DNA of 62,563 bases, the filler included, from Asterionella formosa (taxonomy: Eukaryota): the NCBI GenBank assembly GCA_002256025.1. It is 20 parts of 20 records of this genome, joined end to end, with 100 filler letters (N's around TTAATTAATTAA, not from the genome) between each part and the next. Parts side by side here need not be neighbours in the genome. Positions count along the whole stretch, not along the records: positions 50,167 to 53,191 come from NKIB01014559.1; positions 53,292 to 56,316 come from NKIB01014560.1; positions 56,417 to 59,440 come from NKIB01014561.1; positions 59,541 to 62,563 come from NKIB01014562.1; 16 more parts are not named here. One strand, 5' to 3'. The translations under genes and the position numbers were made by a program. Numbering within the stretch: position 1 is the stretch's first letter; every line of letters begins with the position of its first letter. A model generated the notes under the pieces. The model was not told the DNA's origin, did not search any database, and saw nothing but the letters and a program-made list of their open reading frames with translations. Positions 50,201 to 62,563 of this stretch are shown here, one piece after another.

Positions 50201-50809
50201 CTATCGCTGCGGTGGATGAAACTGATGAGGAGGCGGAGGACTAGTAAATGGAGGTGGGGGGGCATTGAATTGAACTGGTGGGGGCGGGCCCATAAACTGC
50301 TGAATCGGTGGAGGAGGTCCATGAAAGGCGGGAGGCGGTTGGCGAAAGGCAGGAACAGGTTGGGTAAAATGAGGCGGAGGCTGTGAGTATGGCTGAGGGG
50401 GAGTCGGCCCTGGGTGATTCATATGGCTCGGTGGAGGCGGTCCTTGGTGACTATAGTTGTTTGGCGGTCCCCTGCTGAATGCCGCGCCCGTGGGTGGAGG
50501 GCGAAAAGCCGGTCGAACCCACGTCCTCCTTCCGCTCTCGGCATGCACGTAATAATTGATATGTGTCGCTTCGTCCAGCTCCTCTACCCATCCATCAGGG
50601 AGCGGAGGCGCAACAGTTCCAGGTCTCTTGAGGGACGCCTGTTGAGCACTCGCTAGTCCCATTGGACCGGACTGCCATTCTTGGAGATGTGCTTCGTAAT
50701 GGAGTTTGAAATTTTCACGGAACTTCCAGCCACGTCGCTGTTGCTTGCGTCCGGCAGCACTGTCGTGGGTCAGATAAGTGTTGGAATAGTCGTCAAAGAA
50801 GCGCGGCAT
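50201..50809 (-). CDS. WW-domain protein with proline-rich C-terminus
   Basis: [31 protein letters not shown] is a canonical WW domain; intact 202 aa. Confidence 0.88.
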   Translation of the reverse strand: MPRFFDDYSNTYLTHDSAAGRKQQRRGWKFRENFKLHYEAHLQEWQSGPMGLASAQQASLKRPGTVAPPLPDGWVEELDEATHINYYVHAESGRRTWVRPAFRPPPTGAAFSRGPPNNYSHQGPPPPSHMNHPGPTPPQPYSQPPPHFTQPVPAFRQPPPAFHGPPPPIQQFMGPPPPVQFNAPPPPFTSPPPPHQFHPPQR

Positions 50810-52208
50810 GTCGGCGGGTTTGTTTCAACAGGTGGCGATCACTACCGGTAGTGGAATCGATTTCACAAACGCGCGTGACAATATAGATACACATGATTGC
50901 ACAGCCGCAATGAGTGCTATTGCAACATATTGGGAGCACTTTTTTACGGTGTGCAGTGCTGGTACTATATATTGTATTCGGAGAAGTATCGCATCACGAA
51001 ATGTGGTAATTTTCACTGACAACAGGACACTGGCATTCTGTATGTACAGTAGAAGTACCGGTACATATTACCGGTACACACGGGGAAATATTTTAGTCAT
51101 AGTAGTCAAAAACCCTATGGGGATACCCTGCTCAATTCTTCAAGTACCAACACTGGCGTTTGTACAATTCCTCTGTTGTATAATGCACTATTTGCTCCTT
51201 TCAATGCTATAAGACAAACCTAGGAACAGACAGCTCTTCCCTAACTGTTTCTTGTGAGTCTGAAAAAGTGCGAGGAATTCACCTAGATTATAAATAGATG
51301 TGTCATGATAGTTACAAACTCTTTGTTATAGTAGCTTACCTTTATTCCACCAGATACCCAAGCCTAGTGACAAAACAAAGTATTCCCTTCAGTTATTCGC
51401 CCTGCTAATGTGATTTATGCATGCTTGCAGGAGCAGCTGTACCAGCCCTGATTTGATGATAGTTCCAAATGAACTCATTGTATCAAAGAAATGGTATGTA
51501 TAGACTATTTGAAATTTTGTTGCCTGGTACATGTTCCATGGCAGTCAACATTTGGCCTATTGGCAAAGTCCTTAACAAGAATGGCTTGAGGTTTCACTTC
51601 ATATCCGACTATTTCTATTTTACCCTACCAGTGGGGAAAACATTTTCAAGAATTCAATTTCAACCATTTGACTGGAAGTGCTGAAAGGCAGAAACAGAGT
51701 GTATAAAATAAAAACTACGAATAAAATACGAAAATGTTGGTTGGTGAACTATCAAAGTTGGATCAATATTATTGCTGTGATGCTGGCGTGTTTACAGTTA
51801 TTTTCTCGGTGACAATGGATGTGATATACAGTTATCAATGGCTGTAGAAGTGACCCAGCCTAAAAACCTGTTGGTGATACAGAAATTTGATGAAACAAAC
51901 CATCATTTTCGAAAAAATCTTGAAATGATAGAGTAACAATGACCAGCCAATGATATAATGATAAGGACGGTACTCAGCCATCGAGCAAGAAAAGCATCAT
52001 AATGGCTGGCTCGGCACCTCCATCAATCCTTGCATTGAAACGAAGGATGTGAGAATTTGTCAATATAAAAGATTTCCTTCAGTTTCGAAATGCCCAGGTT
52101 TAGTTTCCACAACACAACGAAAAAAGTTGTCCGACGCATCGTCAAGGTCAGATTTGCAAGATCAATAAACTGATAAAGTTACTATTCACTCCAAAAATGC
52201 TTTGGGCT

Positions 52209-53060
52209 TTATAATTCGTCTGGGCTACTAGAAATTCTAACCTTGGTGGCTGTGTGAAATGCTGCTTCATATGTCAAGGATATGGTCCCACCAAGTTGAG
52301 TGTCAATATAATGAGTAATTTGTCGAAATAGCTCATCCCTTGTCTCCAGCACAAAATAGGGCGAATACGTCAATAGAGTTTGGCAATATTCAAACGCTGA
52401 CAATTCCAAATTCTCAATAGTGTACCCAAACTGTAGATTTTCGAATGCCCCAAAAGCAACTCGATTGCCGACCTCCCGCAATAATTCCAGTCGTGTCACT
52501 CCAGGCGTCACATATGGTTCGAACAAGTGTGGGGCATACTTAATGTAAATGTCCTTCAATCCATCTATGACAGACTCAGTCGGTTGCACCATATTGTTCC
52601 ATAGCAATAGGAGGGACCCTCCATCCTTGAGGAGTGATGCGCATTTCTCACGAGCGATGTCTGGATCTAACCAATGAATGGATGATGCTGCCAAAATCGC
52701 GTCAAACTTAACGTCGGTGGTGTAGTTTTCCAGAGAAGTGTGCAGAATTTCAACGTTGGGAAACTTTTGGCCGACTGTCTTTGCGGCAATCTCACAGAAA
52801 TCGACATTGGGTTCCACGCAAGTTATGTTCTTAACAAGCCCAGCAAAGGAGGAAGTGGCTGTTCCTGGCCCACTGCCAATTTCCAGCAACATGTCAGTGG
52901 GTTTCAAATTGGGACATCGTTGTATCATGTAAGTGACAATCGCTTCGCTGTAGGTTGGACGATATTCCTGGTAAGTCTTTGCAACGTTCGAGTACCAAGT
53001 CGACTTACCAGCTGCATCCATGGACGAGTATCTGAGTATACTATTCGGGGAAAAGTCCAT
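52209..53060 (-). CDS. Class I SAM-dependent methyltransferase, bacterial-like (start uncertain)
   Basis: YQEYRPTY, LLEIGSGPGTAT, VEPN, FDAILAASSIHW, LKDGGSLLLLWN, LLTYSPY; intronless. Confidence 0.88.
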   Translation of the reverse strand: MDFSPNSILRYSSMDAAGKSTWYSNVAKTYQEYRPTYSEAIVTYMIQRCPNLKPTDMLLEIGSGPGTATSSFAGLVKNITCVEPNVDFCEIAAKTVGQKFPNVEILHTSLENYTTDVKFDAILAASSIHWLDPDIAREKCASLLKDGGSLLLLWNNMVQPTESVIDGLKDIYIKYAPHLFEPYVTPGVTRLELLREVGNRVAFGAFENLQFGYTIENLELSAFEYCQTLLTYSPYFVLETRDELFRQITHYIDTQLGGTISLTYEAAFHTATKVRISSSPDEL

Positions 53061-53291
53061 TCGCTCTGCTTTCGATCGTCCCTCAGCGGAAGCACCGCAT
53101 CTCGTGAGGTGTGGGTCGCAAGCGGGATTACTTCGTTCAGGAATGAATGCTTCTGTCATGACTACCACAGCAATCGTCAGAACGACGAAGANNNNNNNNN
53201 NNNNNNNNNNNNNNNNNNNNNNNNNNNNNNNNNNNTTAATTAATTAANNNNNNNNNNNNNNNNNNNNNNNNNNNNNNNNNNNNNNNNNNNN

Positions 53292-56200
53292 GTGGGAACA
53301 ATTTATGTCCCATGCAGAGCGGATCGCATCCGAGTGCTCAGGGCCCTGCCCCGAGCCTTGGACGCTCTGCATCGGGAGTTTCCAGAAGATCCCATTGTGA
53401 TGATGGGAGACTTCAACATGAAGATGACGGAGTTGCAGATTCTGATGGGACCGTGGCGGCTTCCCTTTCGGGTGTTACCCATCCGAGGGGGGGCCTCCAC
53501 TCGCCAAAGCCGGCGGGAGGGACAGCCAACACCTGCCATTGATTTCATCACATATTGTGGTGCCACAGTGGCGGCTGTCCCCCCTGCCAGGGTCCTCGAC
53601 ACATGGGATATTTCGGACCACTTCCCAGTTGTTGCGGACCTACCTGGGCTTACCAGAATCCCAGAGATGGGGATTGCCCCACCACGGCCGGAATCACTGT
53701 ACCGGCGGATTGTGATGGAAGAGAAGGAACTCAAAGTAACCGTGGCTAATAGTAACTATTGGCAGCCACTAGCTGACTCGCTGGAAGAGGACCTGGAGGA
53801 TGTAATCGAGTGTTCACATTCACTTGAAAACCCCACCAGTTACCACCAGGAAAGGTTGGATGGTATGGCCAAGAAGTTCACTACAACATGTCACCAGGTG
53901 GCAGAGGACCTGAACCTCCACCAACGGGTGGCGGGACTAAACCCACCAAGAGTGACAGGACAGGTACGTCGGGCGATTGAGACCCGAAGGAGGATCTTCC
54001 GGGAAACCCGGAGGGCGGAGTCGCGAGGAGACCGTGAAGATGTAGCACGGCTTGGGGACATGTACAAGGCTGCCAAAGAGAGGGCGCGGAAGGTGATCCG
54101 CCTCTCGGGTAGGCGGGCATGGTATAAGGCAATTAGGGAGGCTCACGTCAATATACGCGAGAAACCTCGCCATTATTGGCGGTGGGCCTCAGCGACTGCA
54201 GGATGGCGCCAGAAGAGCAGCATCGCAGGTGTCCAACCGGTCCTTGGCCCGGACGGACGCCTGCTGACAGCTTTGACTGATATTCATCAGGCCTGGGGAG
54301 CGCACTATGCCTCTCTAGCAGCAGATGAAACCGGTCATAGCCAGGAGGCCCAATATTGGGAGAAATTTGACCCGCAACCACAGGCAAATGAGGGGATCCG
54401 TTCGCTGGACGAACCCTTCACAACCTCCGATATTTGGACTGCCCTGAGGAAGATGAAGAGCCATCGGGCTCCTGGCGGTGACGGGATACCCACTGAACTG
54501 CTACAGGCATGTTTGGCGGAGGAACGGGCCCTACTTTCCCACCTTCAAAACTATCGGGAAGAGGAGCCCACCCCGCCACCATCCACTCCAATGACGGACT
54601 CACTAGGAACCCTACTCAACTTTGCGTTTGAGAGGGGACTGGTGGCCCAGTCGTGGGCTGAGTCACTGGTCGTCTCAATACCTAAGAAAGGGGACTTGGC
54701 TGATATGAACAACTATCGGGGGATTTCGCTCATGGCCACTGTCCTCAAGGTGGTGTGTGTGATCCTTGGTACCAGGATAAATGTGGAAGCGGAATCTCGA
54801 GGGCTGTTTAGCCGAGCCCAGGCTGGCTTTCGCCAGAGAGAGGAATGTGTAACCCAGGTGGCCTGTGTCATGGAAATCATACAACGCCGGAGGATAGTGG
54901 GAGAGCCGACCTACGTGGTATTCGTAGACCTCAAGAAGGCATATGATACGGTGCCCCACGAGGCGCTCTTTGCGAAACTATCCCGGTTTGGGATTAGGGG
55001 ACGTTGCCTTGCTTTTCTACGTGCCCTTTATCGCAGCAGTACAATCAGGGTACGAGTGGGGGGTGGCTTGACTGCCCTTTACTCGGACCCCTGCAGACTG
55101 TTGCGAGGTGTGCGGCAGGGTTGCCCTCTTTCGCCTATACTGTTCAACATCTTCATTGATGACTTGGCAGTGGGGACGGAGGAGAGCGGTGCCCTGGTAC
55201 CAACTGGGGACAGTCGCACATGGCGGAACTCCACACCCACACTGACAGTGGGATGTACCCTCTTTGCTGATGATGCGGCCGGAATCTGCCCCTCCCTGGA
55301 GGCGGCCAAACGGTTCTGTACGCACGTTACCAACTGGGTTACAGCTAACGAGATGAGTGTGGGCATAGGGAAGTGCGGGCTGATGGAATTCCTACCGCCA
55401 GACCCAGGTTCGGCCACCGAACCGCTTGTCCCTGGACAAGATGTGGCTGGACTGGAACTGGAGGGACTTCCACTCCCTGTTGTGGACAGATATATGTATC
55501 TGGGTGTCCTCATGACACCAGGTCTGTCTATCTCGTCTATGGTGGACCATAGAGTCAAGCAAGGGCGGGCCACAGTTGCCACCTTGGTACCGTTTCTACG
55601 GTGCCCGGTGGTACCAATGGCCATGCGTTTGCTGACTGTTGCAGGAGTAGTTGCCCCCCGCCTCCTTTTTGGGGCTGAGCTGTATGGTATGAACCGTCAC
55701 CTTACGGACAAAATGCAGGTTCTTCTGAACCGATGCCTTAGGGCTAGCATTGGAGCCAGGAGGGCAGGGGGTGTGCCATCAGTAGGCCTTTGGAAGGAGG
55801 CACGGATGTTGCCAATGTGTGCCTTGGCGGGTGCCCGACGGGCCAGAGCTTATGCCAAGGCCTCGGGTCTCAAAACCTGGCTTCAGGAATTGGTCCTAAG
55901 ACCATTCCGAAGTCAGAAATGGACATGGTGCTCAGGGGGTCCGCGCTGGCTGAAACGCTATGCGCTCCCCCATGCACCGGTGTCTATTGTGGAGAGGTAC
56001 TTGGGTGCTGGATGGCAGAGCCTGGAACCAAAGGTACTGGCTGAGGTAGTGAAAGCATGCATCTTGGAGAGAGAGTGTGGGATCCGACGGAACTTGACTC
56101 GTCCGTCGGGGGCCCGCACAGTGTGGTATGAGGGAGCCGGATTTGACAAGCATCCACTCACACGGTCACGTGTGGGGGGCAGTCCCAACGACCAAGCAGG

Positions 56201-56316
56201 ACTGGCTTTGATAGTTCGGTGTCGGATTGGGGCATTTGTAACTGTCCCCACCTTGGTGGGGTGGAAGCGAATGCCTCATAGGTATTTGAGGAAGTGTCCA
56301 TTTTGTGGTATGGATG
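53292..56316 (+). mobile_element. Non-LTR retrotransposon (LINE) ORF2: AP endonuclease + RT + start of Cys motif, uninterrupted
   Basis: MGDFN, IDFI, SDHFPV; APGGDG, NYRGISL, QAGFR, FVDLKKAYDTV, GVRQGCPLSP, LFADD, YLGV; CPFC. Confidence 0.97.
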
Positions 56317-57970
56317 NNNNNNNNNNNNNNNNNNNNNNNNNNNNNNNNNNNNNNNNNNNNTTAATTAATTAANNNNNNNNNNNNNNNNNNNNNNNNNNNN
56401 NNNNNNNNNNNNNNNNAATTGTTTTGTAGACTTCAACTTGAATCACCAGATGTGACTGGGGCCAAAATGGAAATCTTTAACCCAATCCACATTCACCATC
56501 CAATTCTCTGGCTGACATGAGAAGTACAGTCATAGAGAACTGATCCAAGAACAAAGCTACCAAATTTTTTTTGAATTCTACACAAGGAAGTGACTACCAA
56601 CCAAACCTTTCCACCACCCCATCTTATATGGGCCATGGAGTCCCATGATGGCAAAACTCTAGAAATCGAATAGTAAGAATGCACTGTACAAATGACTATT
56701 ATGAGGTCCTTACCTTTTTAATATAGAACATTCCCTTAAGTTGACAAATGACTGACTTTATCTATATAAGCATACACAAAATGATGGTATTGGTGCAAGC
56801 TAAGTTAACCTTCAACTGTTTTATTTAGTTGCACATGACTCACGTACATGATTATCCAAATATTTTGAAATAATACAGACCTCGCCATGTGTAGTAACTA
56901 TAGGTCCACAACTTACCGATAAATGCCAGCATGTCGTAGCTTAAACTCACTTGAAAGTAATTTTTGTCGCGCGTACTTTTCAAGCGGTGTGCGAACTTCG
57001 CAAAAGAGCACGCGACTCGAATTTCGCAAGATATATCATCGCTCATTGCTTCTTTGAAAAAGAAAAGAGAGGTCTGTGCAAGATAAAGGAATTTTCCACG
57101 TACAGACCTAGGACGAAGTAACGGGGCAGGGAGTGTCCCGTGCCTCTCAACGCACAAAATAAGCAAAATGAAACGAACATCTGCTGTGCAGTGGTAGAAA
57201 ATCAGACAATATGATTTGTAGACTATAGGCACCTGTTCAGTTGGTTGTAAACAATTTAACTGCAAGTTTCCTTAAATGAGAAATTTAGCTTGATTTTCCT
57301 TGTAATCAAAACCGTCTATTTCAACAGCTCCCTGGTAGTACATTTTCATCAAAGATCTGCGTTTGGTATTATAAATACTAAAGAATTCTAAAAGCCGTTT
57401 ATACATACACGAGCTCGCTGAGTCGTGCAATTATTTAACCCCAGTTGTGACAACGATTCGTCAATGCGTACTGTGCTATATCTTTAGTACAGTCACTGTA
57501 TGAGATTTTCGATGTAGATTTCGGAATTTCCGACTGCAAGTGCCGGTAGTTCAGAATGCCTGTCATTATTGTCGTGCGCCGTCGTCACCTCGTATCTCTA
57601 TGTAGCTACTTTTCTAACCTTGTTCAGACTTATTCCCAGTATACAACAGGTGGGAGTATAGTCTACATGGAACCAGTAGCTTTGAGCATGCGACTGTTTG
57701 CCCTAATTGACAGAAATTCATATACCTTACGACATCGAATGTAGTTTTATATGAAGTATTAGACAGCATTTTCTTAGAATAGCTTCTGGATTACCCATTC
57801 CCGCTTGGGTTTTTTCGCTAGAATTTCAGCGAAGACAAATATGACGTGCTCCACATTCACATGATGTTAAAGACTTCTTTGCGATGCAAAATACAACAGA
57901 AAAGCTCAAAGCAAAGCATGATATATTGGCAGGACTCATCATCGTCACAGCCGTCAAATCAATAAAATAA

Positions 57971-59440
57971 ATGACGAATATAATAAATATCTTTTCGAAA
58001 AAAGGATTGCGCAACAATATTAACTCGATATTCGATCGGTGCGAGTCCATGAAGATATTGCAAAACCACTTTCCGACAAGGCTATGTAGAACTACAAGGC
58101 CTTCGAATGGTGCAAGTCACATCAGTAGCATCAATCGGAAACAAAACCATGATGAAAAACTATCAGGACCTCTTGCAAATAAGACAGAGGACACAGCCCT
58201 TCATGTGGCTATTTTGACCTGGTACTTGCTCTTCGGGGCGTTGCATGAGGTCTCCCATGTCCTCGCTGCTGCGGCCATTGGAATCGGAAACGAAGTCTCT
58301 GTCAAAGATATCCTTCTCGCTGTCCTTGGACGAGGAGTCATCATTCCTGGACTCTACAATGCTGATCCTGTCTCGGTGATGATCATTCGTCATAGCGGAT
58401 GGATATCAAGTATCCTGTTGGGTCTCGTTGTCCATTTGATCCATTCAAGGACACACAGTGCAACCAATAATTGGATCAACTCAGCTCGCTCTGCTGCTTG
58501 GATTACAGCAGTCGAGGCGATAAGTACCGATCTTCTTGGCTTTGGCCTGTACGGCACCTTGAGCTCGTCCACTTTCCTTTGTGGCAACTTTGGAATTATC
58601 CTCATCAACCCACTCTGGACTGAAAGCTCCCAAAGTAGTAAACAGGTCCTTGATTTACTTGCCAAGATGATTAGTGTCACCATGATGCGAGGTGCACAGA
58701 CTGGTGGAGTGATTGCTTGGGCAAAGAATGACAACAATGAGATCTATGGGATTCGAAGTAGAGTTGTCAACGGCAAGCGGACAGATTTATCTAAAGGCGT
58801 CAAAGACAAAGTTAAGCGAGACACATTTACCCACGGCAAGATTAAGGGAGGTATCCAAGGCTTCTATGGTCACACTCGCTTTGCTACTTCTTCAAAGGCT
58901 ACTTTTGACGGGACACACCCTCATCAATGGACACCTCCAACAGTCAGACGAGTGTATCTCAGGAATGCCATGAATTCCAACAGTTGTCCAAAACCAAGCA
59001 GCTTGAAGGTAGAGAATTACATCTGTCACAATGGTGACTTTGATTTCTTTCGTGTTAACGGTATTTACTATGATCTCAACAGCATCCAAGATTGGTTGGT
59101 CAAGGCGACCGGTGCTCCTATGCCGACTTCGGTTGACAGCTGCGCCATTGCTGGCATGATTGACATGATACGTACTTCGGGATGCTTCGCTTTGAGTGCT
59201 CGTTTTGCGTTGCTTCTAGGCATGTCAGGAAGTACCATTTCTGCAAATGATGATATTCCGTCATGGCCAGCTTTTGAGGAAGTTGGTACAGCTTTCGAGG
59301 TTGCACTTGAAGTATTCTGTGCGAAACACCTCATTTCACCTGCAATGATAGGAGACAGTGAGGATCTCCGCCAAGGTCTCACCCTTGAAGCATCTCGAAC
59401 CATCGAACCAGCATGGTACTACTCACATGAAGCCTTCACG
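57971..59440 (+). CDS. Class II (Ntn) glutamine amidotransferase-domain protein with N-terminal membrane HExxH module; 3'-truncated, start uncertain
   Basis: LHEVSH in a hydrophobic segment; CGNFGII, MRGAQTGG, GHTRFATSS, THPH, ICHNGD, VDS motifs. Confidence 0.85.
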
Positions 59441-62400
59441 NNNNNNNNNNNNNNNNNNNNNNNNNNNNNNNNNNNNNNNNNNNNTTAATTAATTAANNNN
59501 NNNNNNNNNNNNNNNNNNNNNNNNNNNNNNNNNNNNNNNNAAACAAGGGGCGGTGCCATGTTCATGAAGAATAATCTCTTGTTTCGTTGAAGTAAACTGA
59601 ATTCAATCAGTTATGTCTAGCAATGAACTGAACAACACGACTTGTTGCTTGTTGCTATTATCGCTCTAAATGATCGGAACAGAAGTCAACTTGTGGATGG
59701 GCTCAACCTAAACACGCTGAACGGGCAGCAAACGCCAGGCAGGAGCAATTTACGCAACTCTCAGATGATGTCCACGGAGGGAGACAAATCTATGTATATT
59801 GTGGAGCAACCTTGTAATTTCAAAAATGAGAACTTCTGTATACGCTTCAGGTATTTAATTGCATCAAATGAAAGAGTATCGTACACTTTAGTCCATTTTA
59901 TGCCATGTATAAGTACCAGTACCAGGTACCGGTACTATAGTACTCCTTACTAGCAATTATTTCTATGCTTATTAATCGTAGCATGTGGTGTGATCTAAAC
60001 ATACAGGGTAATTTTTATGGTGTATACTCGGAGTACTGCTTTTTCCTGGTGCCAGTACCTGGTACGCTAATCGACACGCTGATGTTACTTGTTGTGGTTC
60101 CAATCATTTTCAGGGCAGCCCCAGAGAATACTGTACTCATACATAGCATCACGAATTTTTGGTACTGGTACCAGGTACTAGTACGCATTCAGGAGCATTC
60201 CTTTATGATCACAGAAAAAATGACAAATTCATTCATGTGAACAAGGACGAAGTGAGCGAAAAAGCGCATTGTAGAATATTCATATCTTCTAAGAGCATTT
60301 GACAACAAAATAATCGAAGACATAACACCACAGTACTTGGGAGTCACGGGATACGACTCACTTTATCATACCGGTCGTACTACTATTTCCAGTAGCATTT
60401 AAGTGATGAGATTACGCACCCTCATTACCTGATTATGGCTGATAATAATAGTACGTACGGTGGTCTGGTTTTTTTGAATTACAACCGGGTAGTGACTTCT
60501 TCCCACTACGTAGTACACTGAAGGACTACCCTATCTTACCGGTAGAAGGACCAGTCAAGGCAAATGTTTCTCACACCACCAATCATTTGCACAATATCAT
60601 TCCTTTATACATGAAGATATGACAAAGCAATACTGTTTTTTGACACTCCTCACCGGTAAAGTCATTGGACACATTTCAACACAAGAGGAGCCTATCTTAT
60701 CATGCTTACTATCCGGACATTCATAAATTGATAGTACGGTGATACTCTGGTATTACTTGTAAAAATCAACCCAAGTTGTATATTTGTGTAGGCCTCAAGT
60801 ATCGTTCTACTGCAGATGGTGGACCATGACCGTATTTTTTCGTACGTGATCACGAGAAAGTACAGTATTGTACAAAAAAGAAAAAATCAACCCGGTTGCA
60901 TTTACGGTTTATTTTGTACTCCCTTTTTGGTTGAAAAATCAACTCTGATTAGTCGTAGAAAGTCATAAAATATGCACCTGAAGATGGTGGTACCAGGTAC
61001 CATTATCTGGTACCAGGTACCATTATCAGGTACCAGGTAGGAATAACCTGGTACCAGGTAGTACCATAGCTAGGATTTGCTTTAGGTTGCTCCATTTGAA
61101 CCCCTATCTCGACGTAGGGTTTATAAAATAATATTGAGTCAGACTAATCAAACACATACTTTCCACATATAAATTAAATATGTATAACGCTCAATGGAGC
61201 TTTCACCAAAAGACACCCTTTCCATATGCTTAAATACAGTCTTCGTACAAAGGTGGGGTGTAGGTCCACTCAATATATTGTCAGCATATACTAGGATCTG
61301 GTCAGAAACTGCAGAAAGGAACTTCTTTTCTTAACTATGCTAAAAGTTTCTTGCCAGAAGTTATATACTGATGCTATTTGAAAGTTACCTATGTATCTAA
61401 ATTGCCATCAGACCCAGCCAACATTTAGCTATTGTCATCCAAAAACTCGACAAAATCGGCCTTTTCTACGGTTGCCAAAATATCGGAATCAGAATCATTA
61501 AGTGCCAAAACGTCATGGAATGGTAGTTGTGTGCCGGAATTTTTAGTCCTAAAATCTCCTGTCCAAAAAAATCCATAGTAAGTGCCCGCTTCCACAAATA
61601 GAATATGATTGGTGAACGTGAATTACATTCCTCTGTTTGTTTGGCCTGGTTTGCGAGGTCTTGCAAACCCACACCGGCCACGTTGGATAAACATGTAACA
61701 TTTTCTTGGGTGTACTGACAGTCTGGTGCTATATTTACGATGGGTACCAGTAGATGATCATCATTGGACATACACATACCACTCCTTGAGTGCACTTTCA
61801 AATATTTGCCGAGCCGCCAGGTTGTATACATGACACATAGTCGTCGATCGGAGTATAGATTGTAGCACTGGTATATGCACATAAAGCGATGTAGAATCTG
61901 AATATATCGAAGGGATTCAATGCATAGCATATAAGATCATTAATCAGAGTATAGAGTGTACATGCATGTATGTAAATTGTATTTTTAGGGTACATACATG
62001 CAGCGACTAAGAGTGTTTCTACATATATTTAGCGATTTCGACAAGGAAACTATGTACGTATTCGCAAAGTTCCACTGATTTAAATATTTCAAATGGAATC
62101 ACGTCATTCAAAAATAGCTAATTAAATAATTAATTCCGGTAGTTCGAAAGCAATAGAACCAGATACTGATGATTGATACAGTACTGAAAACCAATGTTAT
62201 CTACTATACAATCATCTGTGATGATGATTCTACTATTCAAGCTGTTTCGAAGTGGTTGTATAAGGAGTCATGGAAACTATAGCCATCCTTACAATGGCCA
62301 AGAACATTGAAAGGATTAAGAAATCGGACTTAGTATGATGCCTTCCACTGATTGTCCCGGAACCTGCATTTCTGTCTGACCCATCATCCCACAGTGTACG

Positions 62401-62563
62401 GGTTCTTCTCCGCCCAGCTTTTTTGAAACAGTCTCGCTCAAGCGTCCCTCAAAAGCAGATTGTCTCCTGTTGAAAGTTAACTATGGCGCTTGGATTAAAA
62501 AAACCGTAACCTCTCTCTGGCCGAGTTTAGTAGTTCCTCCAAGGCACCAATCAACCATTTATT

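Noticed and set aside
31574..53168. Methyltransferases, aminotransferase and amidotransferase as a biosynthetic cluster
   Set aside because: They are on separate contigs; adjacency is an artefact of concatenation
53303..56251. Numerous antisense ORFs over the LINE and Copia ORFs
   Set aside because: Shadow ORFs of long coding regions
61400..62563. Minus-strand ORF pieces in the last contig
   Set aside because: Broken frames with no recognisable motif

Overview
This window is not one locus. It is 20 unrelated contigs of about 3.0 kb joined by artificial 100-nt spacers (N-run + TTAATTAATTAA + N-run), so nothing is linked across a spacer. The content points to the repeat-rich nuclear genome of a diatom (inference from CoDi-type Copia elements, a bipartite plastid-targeting-like presequence and expanded LRR families). 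Mobile DNA dominates: two near-identical CoDi Copia copies plus two other Copia fragments, three Gypsy fragments with LTRs, a LINE, Harbinger, Mutator-like and pogo-like transposase remnants, and several non-autonomous elements. Host genes include a PLP aminotransferase, three methyltransferases, LRR proteins, a WW-domain protein, a probable plastid protein and a HECT ligase pseudogene. The most notable observations are: (1) a class II glutamine amidotransferase whose catalytic Cys is internal, behind a membrane HExxH module; (2) a ~380-bp minisatellite-bearing element with DINE-1/Helentron-like architecture that interrupts two ORFs; (3) a ~250-bp non-coding module shared by elements with different termini; (4) telomere-type repeats at a gene breakpoint; (5) CpG-biased decay between twin Copia copies. 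I found no CRISPR array, rRNA or tRNA.
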